Translations under genes and position numbers: made by a program
The notes under the pieces: model-generated
What the model was told of the DNA's origin: nothing
The model's database searches: none
The model's input: the letters and a program-made list of their open reading frames with translations, nothing else
Assembly (NCBI RefSeq): GCF_009834535.1
Contig: NC_045697.1
Coordinates: 32,242,001 to 32,306,000 of the forward strand
DNA: 64,000 nt
Source: Camelus ferus
Taxonomy: Eukaryota
Direction: 5' to 3'
Shown: positions 48,045 to 61,700 of the stretch, piece by piece
How the letters are laid out: each line of letters starts with the position of its first letter
Numbering within the stretch: position 1 is the first letter of the stretch

Positions 48045-50229
48045 ATGATGGGGCAATTGAATCAGATATCATCTTAAAAGAAGCAGTGTTTAAATTCTGG
48101 TTTTGATGTTTTAGTCATATCAGTGCACACAGGGTTCATTTTATCTTAGCTTTGTAGAGGTGTATGCTTTTGTATCCAAGGAGGAGTATTAAGCTGGAGT
48201 TTAGGAGGTAAAATTGCTTCCTATCAATACACGTGAAGGAGGTTGTATTGGAAGGGCTACCAAACAGGAATCTTAATGTTCCAGGTCTGAAAATTTCAAG
48301 ATATTTGGCCACTATCAGTCTAAATGTGGGGAATAAATTGCTAAAACTTGTTATGCATTTTTCTATACAGTGCTTTGGTAAGTCAGAAAAATGCCATTCA
48401 AGGGGACGCACATGTTTAGAAACTTACTGGGATGTCTAGAGGAATTACTTCCCTAGGATTAGAAAGAAAAGGAGGAATTTGTGGGTAATGAGTAGAAACA
48501 TTTCTGTTCCTTCAGAAGATGATCTAAAATTTTTGATGCAAATGTCCCTTGCAGCACTCTGGCCAATTTGTGGAGTGTGTGGTGGGAGGGGGCAGGGGAG
48601 GAGCCCTGAGGCTCCCTGAGGGTCTCCCGACCCAAGCGATCCATGGTGACTCAAGGCTCTGGGTAAATGACTTACTCTGTCTTGTTTGTAACTCCTTGTC
48701 TGCCACTTTTTTCATTTAAATGTATTTATTAGGCAAAGAAAATGATAATAAGAGCAACAATCCTGAAAGAAACATATTCACTCAAAAATCCACTGTTTAA
48801 CCATTTTTAATTAGTTTTTTTGTTGTTTTTTCCTTCTTCCTTCAAGCACCCATGTCATATGTAAGTAATTGTAATCACTGCAAAGATGCGGTTTTGAATT
48901 CACACCAGCATTTCGTTCCAACATTTGTTTATGAGAATCAGCAATCATGTCCCTGTTAGTTTTAAAATAACCTCAGTAGTGGCTATGACTGCCTGTTTCT
49001 GTAGTATTTGACAGTTAAGTTTTATCGATCTTTTGTAATCACAAATAATATTAAGAACAGGCACTAAAATCCCTTTTTAGAGAATAAGTGGTTTTGTAAA
49101 AATATACGTCAAAAGCCTGAGGTACAGGGTGACATTAAAATTTCAGCTAAGACCAAACTTCCGAGAAAGTGCAGAAGTATGTGAAAGATACAGAAGAGAA
49201 ATTACTGAGGCTCCTTGTGAGACAATGGAAGGTGAGTGGGGAAGGGAGCCAGTAATACCAGTATGTTCACCATTGTTTAGCTTTTATTCCCTTTTATTAT
49301 TATTTTCTTATTTTAAACATTTCTATTTCTATTTTTTCTTATTTTTATTTTCTTATTTTTTCTCTATAAAGATTTAGAGAGAAAACATATGCCTGATAAC
49401 AATTGTTCTTGATAAACATTGCTAAATTATTTTCAAAAGAGTTTCTTATTGACTTTGCCATCACTATAAAATAAGTGCAATCAATTCCTTTAAATATTAT
49501 TAGCAGCCTCCATATATCGCACAGCATCTAAGTGAACTGGGCAGAATGTATCACGGTGAGTACAGAGAGTGAGGAAGAGGACTGCCTGAATTGCTTTCGA
49601 GATAAAGAGAATAGGGTGGGTTCCATGCGGACTCTAATTATATTTGCTAGTTGCGTTGTATCCTTTAGTATCCAGCTATTGTGTCCTTGATTGAAAAGCT
49701 CTTCTCTAGGAACCCTCTCCCCCTCCATTTACATGGGTGCAGTAAGAGTTGCCGATTATTGCTACACAGTTTTACTTTCCATTGTCGCTTGTTGGTTGGA
49801 CCAGAGATGAGATCTTGACCCATTTGGGCTATTGAGTTCATTGCCCAGGAATATAGGTGAACGCTGGAGTCAATTTATCCTCAGTTCCAAGATTATAATA
49901 CAGGGGGCCCATGGGTTATTGGTTGCTTGTTACATCACATGGACTGTGAAGATGTGCTTGTCTATGGGATGGTCATACAAGAGGAAGATCCGGACAGAGA
50001 AGCAGACTCCCAATGGAGACAGGAGCCGATGGCATTGGAGCTCGTGTGCCAATGCTTTCCTGATGTTTAAATCTTGAATTCTCTCTCTCATCTTTTGAGT
50101 ACTCTTGTGCATTTTTCTGCCTGAATGATGATCTGCTGTGGAATCTCACCTAGGAATCTCATGTTTCTCCGAGGTTAACGTTGCTCTTGGTTAAACTCCT
50201 GTTAACTGTCAGTTAGTTCTGTCAGTCCC

Positions 50230-50960
50230 TTGTTCTTGGAAAAATAATTACCTTATAAACTAACTCACAATAAGTTGCAAATATAGGTTAATAGTTTAAC
50301 ACATGTTCCCAAATCTGGTAAATCAGAATTTTCCAGAAAGATATTACAATTTTCTGTTTCTGTGTTAAGCCATTTATTTCAGAGAACTGAAGGAGAATCA
50401 CTCAGCAAAATGTGAGGCATAGAAACAGTCTGGATTGGCCTCTGTTTTCTCTCCATTCTGCCTGCCTCTCTCTTTCTGGGCTGACTGACTTCCTCTCTTT
50501 TCTGTGCTTCCTGTGTACTTCTGTTTTTCCTCAGCTGCCTGCAGGTGGCCCGTTTTAGGTGAGGGAAGGGGGATCTATTCACAAACCCGGCAAGTAACTT
50601 CCATGTGAGTGAGAACTGAACAATACAACTCCATCTGGATTTCATTGTCACTTCATAGAAAGTAAAGTCCCATGTCCCCCTGCTAATGCCCCTCTTCAGT
50701 CTTCATCTACTTCTGCTTGCCACATCCTGACACCATCACATGATATGTTTTACCCTTAGATCCATTGCTAACCAACATAGTCTCTCAATATTCCCTGTTC
50801 CATTGACTAAGGGAGACAAGTCTGCTTAGCAAAATTATCACTTCCCCTGGCCTATGAGTCATGTACACATTGACGGATGGGCTACCTTGGGGTCAGGTGC
50901 TCACTCCTGGTACAATTCCAGTGACAAGAAGTGTGGATTTACAGAGGGTGAACAATGGTA
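50230..50960 (-). mobile_element. Old MaLR LTR relic (MLT1K/L/M-like)
   Basis: ctgcctctctctttctggg...gatgggctaccttggggtcaggtgctcactcctggtacaat. Confidence 0.45.
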
Positions 50961-51145
50961 ACATAGGCATAACAGAGAAATCCTCTTTGCAGAGGGACTG
51001 GGCAGACATGATATTAAATGATTCAGTTTCTTAAGTGAAATCTCAATTCATCTTAACCACAAAATGAGATAAGAAGAGATATTTAAAATTTAACAAATGA
51101 CTTAAGTTTTTTTCTTCCTTCCTTCCTTCTCTTCTACAAATGTAT

Positions 51146-51175
51146 ACACACACACACACATACACACACACACAC
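51146..51175. repeat. (CA)n microsatellite
   Basis: Direct reading. Confidence 0.9.
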
Positions 51176-51839
51176 GTGCTAGATAGTTGCAGTTAATGAT
51201 CCTAATTTTTCAGAATTAACTGTGTAATAATCCACAGTTGTGGTCTCTGGTGTTTTCTCAACTCTTTGGAGGCATGTTTTGTCTTAATTTTCTTTGTTTT
51301 CTTTTCTTTTCTTTTCTTTTTTTTGTCTTCCTCTTCTCCATCAAGAAATAATACAGGATAGCACAATAGAAAGAGAGTTTGGAGACCAGCAACTTAGGTC
51401 CCTGACAATCACCAATTAGCTAAATGTCTTTGAGACATCACATCTATGTCTCTATCTCTCTCTCTATGTGTGTGTGTGTCAATATATTTCTGCTTACTAA
51501 TATAATACTGATTATAAATGTATTTATATTTATATTTAACAGACAAAAGGAAAGTGTGATGACATTCAAACTCAATACATATGTGTCTAAAGTTGTCAAT
51601 TTCTCAGATATGAATGACTATGGGTTCAAATTTTTAAAAAGCAATACAAAAAATGAATAAATTATCACTGACAAAATTTACAAGGTCTAGAAAATTGGGA
51701 AGAATTTCTGGCTCCAAAGGAGAATGACACTTTCTTTTTACTGAGATGAAAGAGCTAGTTCTTCCATGGGTCCTCATGTAATAAAAAATATTCTTCATGA
51801 TCTCCTGAAAGTCATTACAGAAGTAGTAGTTTCTGTACT

Positions 51840-52075
51840 GATTAAAGGAATGGGTTCTGAAAATTGGGCTCAAGTTTTCCTACCACCATTGACATGCTGA
51901 GTGACCTTAAGCAAATTCCTCAATCTCCTTGTGGCCTTGCTTCCTCATTGTTCAAGTAGGGAAAACAATAGTTGTTAACTCAAATGTGTGCGGTGAGGAC
52001 TAAATGTAATCTCATGCACGTGATTCTTAGTACCTGGCACAGAGCCAACACATAATAATAAGCTATCATTATTGC
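51840..52075 (+). mobile_element. MIR SINE
   Basis: gctgagtgaccttaagcaaattcctcaatctc...ttcctcat...gtgaggactaaatg...gtacctggcacaga...agctatcattatt. Confidence 0.8.
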
Positions 52076-53587
52076 TGAAATATAGCTCATTATTATTATT
52101 TTTTAAAAGTGATAACAAAATAGAATAATTGCCTAACACCAAATTTATCTCACAATAAAGCTTTGAGCCAGCTAAAAGTTTCTGAGTTCTTCAATGATCA
52201 GATTCAATTCTGGGAGATACTTTCAAGTAGATAAATAAATGGACCACCTGTTCTTCAGACAACTATTTGTAATAGTTTGTCCAGCTTATTTGTGATAGCT
52301 ATTGATCAGCAGTGACTTTTCAGTTTTACTCTTTGACCAGTACTAGGAGTACAGCTTTTTTTGATTGTTGATTAAGTGCAAAACATGTGTTTTGAAAGGG
52401 CTAGAAGATTTAAAGTTGAGAAGTTCGATGAAAACACGTCTTCCCAGGAAGCCTCTATCTCTGCACTGAGATGGGTAGAGGCTACCTGTGGGAAATAGCA
52501 ACATTCCAGCTAAAATGTAATTTGGAGCTGGACCCAGCATCTGAATGGATGTGCAACTGAGGTTCACACATTTTAACCAGAGAGCAGAGGCACAATGATT
52601 TCACCTTGGAATGTTCTGAAAGCAGGTGTAAACCAACGCTCACTTCAGCCATATATAAAAACTCAGTTAAGTCCTAATAGAATGTTTAACCCTGAGCAAT
52701 ATTCCTTTCTTGTATGTGCACCAAACGTATGCCAAAGAAACTGAATGGATTTAACGTACTGTACAGGTTTGTTGATTAAGAGCCACTTAAGAATTATGGA
52801 ATATGTACTCAAAGTAGTCATTTTTTTTATAGAAAGTTTAAAATTATGTGGTGGCTGACTGTAGACTAAGTTGTTGGAAGGCAGTGGTGAGATCAGGAAG
52901 CTAAATTAGGATGCAGTAGCAGGAATATAGGTGAGATGTTTATGGCTCAAGATGAATCCGTTCAAGGATTTGTGAATGCCCTGAATGGGGAATGCACGTT
53001 TCATCCCCAAACCCCAGTTTCAGCTGAATATGGGAAACAAAAGTTAAAATGTCATCAAACTTATCTTTTATTCTTGGCAGTGCACGTGCGCCTTGACTGG
53101 AGCGATGTCCATTTTATGACAAACCGTACACAGCTTGCCAGGGATCTGAACTGGGACCAGAGAGAAGAGTTTTCAGAGGTATGAGCTAGGTGACAGTCCC
53201 TTTGCAGTTGGACCCAGGTAAGGATGGCCAAACTACCCTTCTTTTTTGCCAATTCTTTTCTCTGAATGCTGGAGATTTAAAAGTTCACAGAACTATCAAA
53301 GTGAACATATGGTTTTTCAAAACTCCAAGTCTCCTGCTGGAAAATGATATCAAAGAAAAATTCCATCAGGATTCTTATTTTTGACTGTCCAGCTAGTCAT
53401 ATTTCAGAAAAGAAACTATCATCTTTGAAGTTTACATTCCAGTGAATCTACTAAAACTAGAAAACTTCTGAATCAATGTATTTATATTGCCCACCTGGTA
53501 ATATTAAGAGGTGTTACTAATACAGAGCACTGTTTACAGGCAGATGAGGTCATATGTACTAAAACCTTAATTTTAAATTCAGAACTT

Positions 53588-54114
53588 AGTAAGAACTTGG
53601 AAGGGTTTGAAATTTTATCCTATTTGCAAACTAACATGTCAGCCTACAGCAGTTTCACGGATACATGAAACAGGAGACATGAAACTCTTGGGTCAGAGAC
53701 AAAGGACTTTATTACTCTAGGCATGGCAGACAGCCTGAGTTTTAGTTTGCTCCTGATTCCTTTCCCCACCCTTCACCAAGCCCCACAGGAGCAGTGTAGA
53801 GGGGGCCCTGGTACATGCTCTGCAGGTAGTGCATTTGCATCACAGCTGAGGAACCCCAAGCTTAGGAAGCCCCAGTCTTCTGTAAGATGGATGAAGCAGA
53901 CCTGCCCAATCTTTGCTGTAAAGGGAAATACTATCTTTATTATACTAGACAGTAAACAAATCTGCCCTCTGCTTCAGAGACAATATATCTGTCTTCCATG
54001 GCTCTTTGCTATCCAAACACCCTTCAAAAGATAGCCCCAGAAAAGATCTATCAGTAAATCTGCTCATAAGACATGAAGAAACATGAGACACCCATGGAGA
54101 ATTTTGTCCCAATA
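53588..54114 (-). mobile_element. MER89-like solo LTR
   Basis: The minus strand starts tattgggacaaaattctccatgggtgtctcatgtttcttcatgtcttatgagcaga (recalled MER89-type 5' end). AATAAA on the minus strand near 53710. Confidence 0.75.
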
Positions 54115-55599
54115 AAGTTTATGAAAAAGCCACACAAATATCATTAAAACCCAATTTTTAACTATGATAAATTTGTCTTTATTGTAGGAAAACTCATTGT
54201 AAAATTTTATAGCCATTAATGCCTGGTATCACCCTTATATCTCATTTAAGTGCCTGGGTTAAGAAGCTATTTTGTATATGATGTAGTTAGCTTAAATTGG
54301 GCTCTCCCACCTTGATCAACCAAGAACACACATGTGTTCTTTTTGGAGTCTTCAAAGCAGGAGAATAAATTCACCCAGCCTTCTTTGTGACAGTTCCACT
54401 GTTTCCCTTCCATCTACTTCTGCCTTTCTCTACTTGGCTTTTCCCTAAATAGTATATAACTAGATTAAAAGTCATGTAGCCTGTGGGGAACAGAAAGGGG
54501 GCTGCAAATAGAGGGGACATGGTGTTTTCTAAATTCCCACTAGATATGATATCGAGACAATTTATGACCTTAATGGAAATTATATGCAGAAAAACAAAAC
54601 AGCATGTTCTAAAAAGTAGCAATTTTCCTAAATTACAACCCATATTCTTTTCCCTGAACCTGGAAAGGAACTTCAACTGTTTATCAGTTAACGATAAGCA
54701 CTGTTAGCAAAGGATATCTGTCTGTAGGTTTCCTACTGTGAATCTCTGTGTTGGAGCTAATAATCTGTATTCTTCAGAGTTAATCATGTGTTAAGCTTCA
54801 GCTCCACAGTGGCGTTTGGTGTTTACTTGGCTATTTGGAGATACGTTTAGTCTTGCTATTCTTTCTCCCAACTGTTGAGCACTTTATTAAATAAATTGTA
54901 ATTATTCCTTCCTCTTATTTCACTTTCCTCTCCATCTGATCTGATCACTAAGCTACTGCCACACATTTTAGATTTTTGGTATATAGTAACTCAAATTAAA
55001 ATTAAATCCCTGTATATAAATGGGACTTAAGTAGACAAAAAAATTAGTTATTGTATTTTTAAGGCTAAAAATACATGATAATGGAAGTCACTAAAAAGAA
55101 ATTTCTGTCAAATTAAGATTGGGTGAGTCAAATGTAAATTATTAGGAAACAAAGGGATAAGAAACACTTAAAAAGACTCTAAACTGGTCTTCTAGCTTTA
55201 AAGAACCCTACAACTGGAAACCACAGAGCTTTTATTTTGTATGTGGTTTCTTTATAAAGAAGGCACTGAATTACATTTAACAGACTCCTATATAAGGACT
55301 AGGCTTTGGTCATACATAAGAAGATTGGTGAAAGAATATCCATCTGTCAGCCTCCCCTTCTGTCCATCTATATTTTTGAATTCTCCTTTTAAGCCAACAT
55401 ATTCAACCAAGTGACAAATCTCAGTGAGAGAAGGCATGGGGGCGTCCTTTTCCCCAGGTGGCAGTCGGTGGCAGGGGCCCACTCTGCCCTTCAGAGGCCT
55501 TCCTTTGCAACTGTGTATTCTGACCCAGTCTGTGCGAATTTAGAATACAGTCTTTTAAGGACAATTGATTTCTACCTGAATTACTCAGGAAAGAGAGCG

Positions 55600-56260
55600 A
55601 GTACTTACACAAAGCTGGTCAAACTGCGTATGTGGCTTTGTTTTTGTTTTGTTTTGTTCTTTGCTTTTTTCACTTAGCAATGAAGTGTGAGCATTGACTC
55701 ATATCATTTAGTCTTGGAAAATGAGATTTTTGGATTGCATGGCATTTCATCAAATACAGTCTCTTTTAAATTTACGTTAGTCCCCAAGTTTGGGGCATTT
55801 AGGTTACCACAAATTTTAAATTTTAATAATTTAACACTAACAGATATCTGCTATGATCATCCTTGTGCTCGCAGTCCGGTTTTTCCTTTGGATGAATTAC
55901 TAGAGATTGAATTGCTATATCAAAGGATATGAATAATTCTAAGACTCTTGACATACTTAGCCACAGTATTCTAAAGAGCTTATTTCAATTTAAATTTCTT
56001 CCAGCCAGTTTATTGCATCCTATTGAACAGTAAATATCAAAATTTTAATAATCTTTGTCAAATTGCTGGGCTTAAATGGTGTTAGACTACTTTATTGTAC
56101 ATTTGGTTCTAAGAGGAACATTTCTCCACATGTTTATTAATCATTTGTCATTCTCCTCTTGTGAACTGCCTGAATGCTACATTCTTCTGGAAGATATGGT
56201 TGTGGTTTATTATATTTATTGCAAATATTTTTCCCACTGTATTGCTCTTTAATTTTATGC
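55600..56260 (-). mobile_element. Old L1ME-like 3' region
   Basis: tttttcacttagcaa...ttcctttggatgaattactagagattgaattgctatatcaaaggatatgaa...catgtttattaatcatttg...tcttgtgaactgcctg. Confidence 0.65.
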
Positions 56261-57604
56261 TGTTTGAAATTGCACAACATCCCAACAAAACTAGAAGTAC
56301 AGAAATTTCCATGTTATTAAATGCCAGATTTTTTTAAAAATCAGGAAACATTTAAATTATTAAAGGGCTTGCTTGTAATTAGCAGTAAGTAAATCAAGCA
56401 ATCCCCAAATTACATGATTAGAGTTTTAAAGACCATCATTTAAAAGTGAAGAAAATAATGTCTGATTATGGGATTATGGCTTTGCTGTAGCAAAGTACTA
56501 CTTTTATAGTGTGAAATATGGTTACTCTCTTGAAGAATAAAATCAGAGTAGTAAATTTATTTTTCTTTGTCATTTAGCCATCCAAGAAAACCTCAAACAT
56601 CCACGTTGCAGTTATTTTGTTGATATTGGGTTGTTATATCTTTTAGTTTTCTGTGTGATTTTCTGAAATATAAGGTCTCTTCAGGGCAAGGCATACTATA
56701 AACATTTTTCAAAAAAAAGTAAAAGAAAACAAACAAAAAACCAAAAGCCTTGCCACATTTCATAAAAGACTAAATGAAGTGTGAAATATATTTGCCAATT
56801 AGATCTCAGAGTAAATCTTAGCAAAATGTCATCACTTTCATCACAAGATAAACAAGAGAGACGTAAGTAGATATACAATATGTGCTCCACAGAGTAAGCC
56901 ATACATATTACATTATGCAGTAAAGGTTTGGGACATTTTTTAAAGCATTACCATGCAAACGTACCCCATAAAAAAAGAGGAATCTAGAAAAAGAATTTTT
57001 AAAAATCACCAATAGTTACTAAAATTTTAATCTAGTAGAAACTTTTAAAAAGAGGTTTTTTTTTTTAAGTATTTATTTTTTCCCCTATACTCACATGGAG
57101 GTACAGACGTCACAGGGAGTCATATTTTGATTTCAAATGAGGAAGCATTTTCTAAAACTCTTCTAAGAACTTCTTGAAGATTTAGCTTTCTTCTTATGTG
57201 GTCTGGCCCCATCCTCTGCTGCTGCACTGTCCTCGAGTCTTTTCCCTGTGAGGATGTTTTATATGCAAATGCATGAACTTTCATTTAAAGAAAGTTTACT
57301 GTCATCTCTTATCTCCTGTCTTCATGTCTTGTCTGCCTTTACTCCCCTTTCTATAGTTTGGCATGAAATAGCTGCCACAAACTGTCTGAAACCTGTTTGA
57401 AGATTTGAGAGCTTCTAAGGCAGGTGCAGGTCATAAATGTGAAAAAAATAGAGGGGCAGCTACCTGGTTTCAGTTCAAGTCCACTCATTTGTATATGAAA
57501 GAGCAAAATCAGATTCAAGGAAGGAGGAGAGAAAAAGGACAGCCCGCAACTAAAGAATTGGCATTCAGAAAATTGATCATTGAGTGAATTGGCTTTGTAC
57601 TTAA

Positions 57605-58705
57605 AAAAAAATTGAGGCATAATTTACATAAGGTGGAATGCATAGATCTGTACCTATTGATCAGCTTTGATAAATGTTAACAGACAAGTGTCTGACACCC
57701 TGATTAAAATATAGAATATTTTCATCAGCCCAGAAACTTCCCTCACATTTGCTTCTAGTCATTCAGTGATTGCTGTTCCAGTTTTTACTGCTCTAAATTA
57801 GTTTTGTTTGTTCTTAAACTTCATATAAATAAATCATCCAGTAAAAATTGTTTTGTATCTTTTAATTTCACTTAACATAAATTTTTGATATTCATCAAGT
57901 TATTGTATGCAGTTTACTTATTTTTAGTATGGAGTGGTACTCCTTTGTGTGGCTATCTCGAAGTTGGTTTGGTTGCAACGAAATGAATTTGATGATTGAC
58001 TTTTCAAAAAAAAAAAAAGACATTGGAAGAAAGACACTGGAATTTTGATAGGAATGGCACTGATTCTGTAGATTAATTGGGTGAATGTTGCCATCTTAAC
58101 AATATTGAATCTTCTTATCCATGGACACGGAATGACTTTCCATTTATTTTGGTATTTTTTTTTATTTCCTTCAGTAATGTTTTGTATGTATCAATGTAGA
58201 AGTTTCACAATTCTTTAGTGAAATTTACTTCTAAGCATTTAATTCTTTTTGATACTATTGTAAATAGCATTATTTTATTACTTTCATTTTCAGGTTGTTT
58301 ACTGCTAGTGTACACAATAAGATACAATTGATTTTAGTATATTGATCTTGCATCCTGCAACCTTGCTGGACTCATTTATTAGTTCTAAGAGTTTTTTGGT
58401 GGATTCCTTAGAATTTTCTAATATATGACAGTGTTATCTATGAAACAAGACTGTTTTATTCCTTCTTTTCAAATCTGGATGAATTTTATCTCTTTTTCTT
58501 GCCTAATGTACCTGGAATGAACCTTGCGTACAATGTCTAATAGAAGAGATAAGAGCAGACATCCTTGTCTTGTTGTTGTTCTTATGCATGATGCTGTCAG
58601 ACTTTTGCCAATAGATATGATGTTAACTGTGCATTTCTCATAGATACCCTTTATCAGGTTGAAGAAATTCCCTTCTCTTTGTAGTTTTTTAAAATTATTT
58701 TTTAT
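57605..58705 (-). mobile_element. L1 (L1MB/MC-like) 3' end plus ORF2 RT-region fragment
   Basis: attgaggcataatttacata... The ORF relic EGNFFNLIKGIYEK.TVNII...RT.TRQGC.LL.LLL.IV...IRQEKEIK.IQI is L1 reverse transcriptase. Confidence 0.85.
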
Positions 58706-58796
58706 CCTTCTTTCATTCATTATTTGTAGTCTTAACGTTAGGGACTCATTTACTCTCACATCTAAATTTTAATCTATTATTATAGACAAGAAGATC

Positions 58797-61700
58797 TGTG
58801 CTACCCTAATCCCAGTTCAAGGCAGGACTTGTTGCCCAGCTATGGGCAGTGCAGTCAGCCAAACACTTTCATATCATAATTCCTTCAGGGTTGGGTTCAG
58901 CTGCAGAAAGAAAACTTCACTGAGGTCATGGATTGCCTAGGTATCTGCATTTAACAGCTGACAAAGGCAGGTACACAGAGGTCCTTTTTCACCCAATGTG
59001 AGAAACTAGGACAGGCAAATTTTGCTCCAGATCTCTTTGTTGTGTTGAGCAAGGCTTTATCAGATATGTCACGTTCTTACTTTGTTTTCTGTCTAGTCCT
59101 TTTTCCTCCTCATTTTCTTCACAAGTATTGATCCCTAATAACTACCTTGAACCGCCAAACTGCATCCCAGAGTCTTTGTCGAAGGAACTAAACTTCTAAC
59201 AGTTGGTATCAGGAGTGTCTAAGAAAGTAGGTGTTGAGATGGGGTTTTGGAGCTTGATCACTCACAGCCTGACTGGTAGTGAGGTCCTCATCCCTGGTTA
59301 TAGGTGGAAGTCCAATTGTTAAAACTTTAACTGGTGATGAGTTGGGAGGGTGTGCCAATGGGAGGGAATGTATGAGGACTTTGAAATGTTTAGAGAAAAT
59401 GGTAACTATAAAGATAATGGGGTTGGGTGGGTATTGCTAAATTCCACTCGTGCTCCTCAGAAAGACAATGAAGATATGACAGGAAGTAAAAGGCAATAGA
59501 AAGCTAGATGTGAAGCCAAAGGGCCTCTTCTGTTGCACATAAAGAAGTTCTCAACACTTTTAGACAGAGAGTGAAGAAAGTAGAGGACCAAGGACTAACC
59601 TTCAAAGAGGATTAAAACCCAACTAAGTCAAATCTGTTATGTCAATGTTAGGACCCTGATGAGGAAAACCTGGGGCCCCAGTAAAAAAGGTTGGAGAGAT
59701 CTGGGTGGATGCTCCTCAAGGTTTTGTTTCTGCAGACTCTTCCAAGGCTGGAGATGGTGTTAACATCTTCCTTTGGGAATCTGCCTGCTATAAGACAGTG
59801 CGCAAGATGCACATGTGTCCCCCCTGCCCCAACCCCTCACCTCTCCATAATCTTTTCTCATTTTTCCTCCTGGCCATTCCTTTCAGAGCTGTAACTAGGG
59901 TTAAGTGATAACATACCTCTAGCAGACACAGTCTGCATCTGATAGGGAAAGAAGAGACTATACGTAAAGGAGCAGTACAACTAGGGGACGTATATATTGG
60001 CACAAATGGGGGAAGTCGGCATGAGAGTGGATTCTGAGGTTGTTTGATCAATGTGGTCCTTAACATAAAATTGGATTCAGAATTTATTGATTTGGAAGGG
60101 ATTGGTGAGAACTTGCTATTATCATGGCTCCTGGAAGTATACAAGAAGTGATGGCCTGTACTGAGTGAAGTTGAAATGTTAGAATCACTGTGCCAGATGG
60201 TAGAGGAAGAGATTTAAAGGCTCAGAGAAGTAGGAACACTGGAATGGATATACCATGTGTGGCTAGAAAACCCTCCAGATGATTATGTTCCATAGGAAGG
60301 CTCAAAAGACACACCATTTACTAAAACCATAAAGAATGTGCTGGTGAGTGTCTTAGCTTCCCTAAAGTTGTCCCCTGATGACTCTCCCCTGTAACCAAGG
60401 CTTAATGTAGGATAAGGCATTAAAAACCAGGCTCCCTCATAACCATAATGATGATAAGATTCAGAAACAATGTGGAGTAGGTGGTAATGCTTAACCACTA
60501 GAAGTCAGTCTCAATTATTGTAGCTGTTGGAGTAGTAGGCTAGGGAAGTTGACATAAAAGGTTGTGAAGATGGTTACTTGAACACAGCATCACAAAGGGA
60601 GAAACATTTGGGCACCAGTAACAAAGGGTACTTTGAAAATATATAATAAAAATAAAAAAGAATGGATAAGCAGGAGCTCAGATGGTCAGCCCACAAATAT
60701 TTCTAGTTTTCAGACCTGGAATACATTCACTAAAGAAGTCATCAATACGCTGCAACACCAATTCAGATACCTACCATACTTATTCCTCCAGTCCTTCAAT
60801 ATTACCTATGGCCATTCATTCAACAGTGACACACACGGTAAAGGGGCATACCCAGGCATTTGAGAACTCTTGGAAATAGGGTCTGAATTGACCTTGACAC
60901 TCTGTCTCCATGCCCCCCTGTTAGAGCAGGGACATATGGGATCAGATGAAAAATGGAATGCTGGTCAGGGTTCAGTTTATGCTGGGTCCAAACCCATCTA
61001 ATGGTCATTTATTTATTCTTTGAATATATAATTGGGATTGACATGCTTGGTAATTAACACTATCATATATTAAGTCTTTGGTATGTGGTTAATGACCAAA
61101 TAAAACAAGATAGTAAATAAAAAACAATAGTGCATTACAGGAAATAGAGCTTGGATGGAGGAGGTTAGAACTACGATTAAAGATCTAAAAGATGAAGAGA
61201 TGGTGGTATACCTATTAATTCATCAGGTCAGCCACTGCAGAAACTTGATGGATATTGTACCATGACTGTGCATTCCTGCAAACTCAAATGAATTGTAGCT
61301 CTAATCATAGCCACCATGCCAGAGATAGCGTCTTTTCTGGAGGAGATTAATGTAGCCTATATCTACAGAGTTATGCTCCATGTGTGTGTTAACTCTCTTA
61401 CTCTCTGTCATAATGTAGTCCAACTACATTATGTCTGGACCATTTCTGATAGACTGAAGACTATTACATTGATTCATTGTGTCAATAATATTACATTGAT
61501 CTGACTGGACAAGCAAGAAGTAGCCAGCCCTGCTATAGGGTTGGGAAGATACATTTGCTGCAGAGGGTAAAATGTAAACCCTGAGAAGATTCAAGGAGTA
61601 GCCACTTGAGTAAAATTTAGAAGTTCAGTGGTCAAGGGCCTGCCAGTTTATCCTCATCCAAAGTAAAAGATAATTTACATATTGCTGCTTCTACCATGAA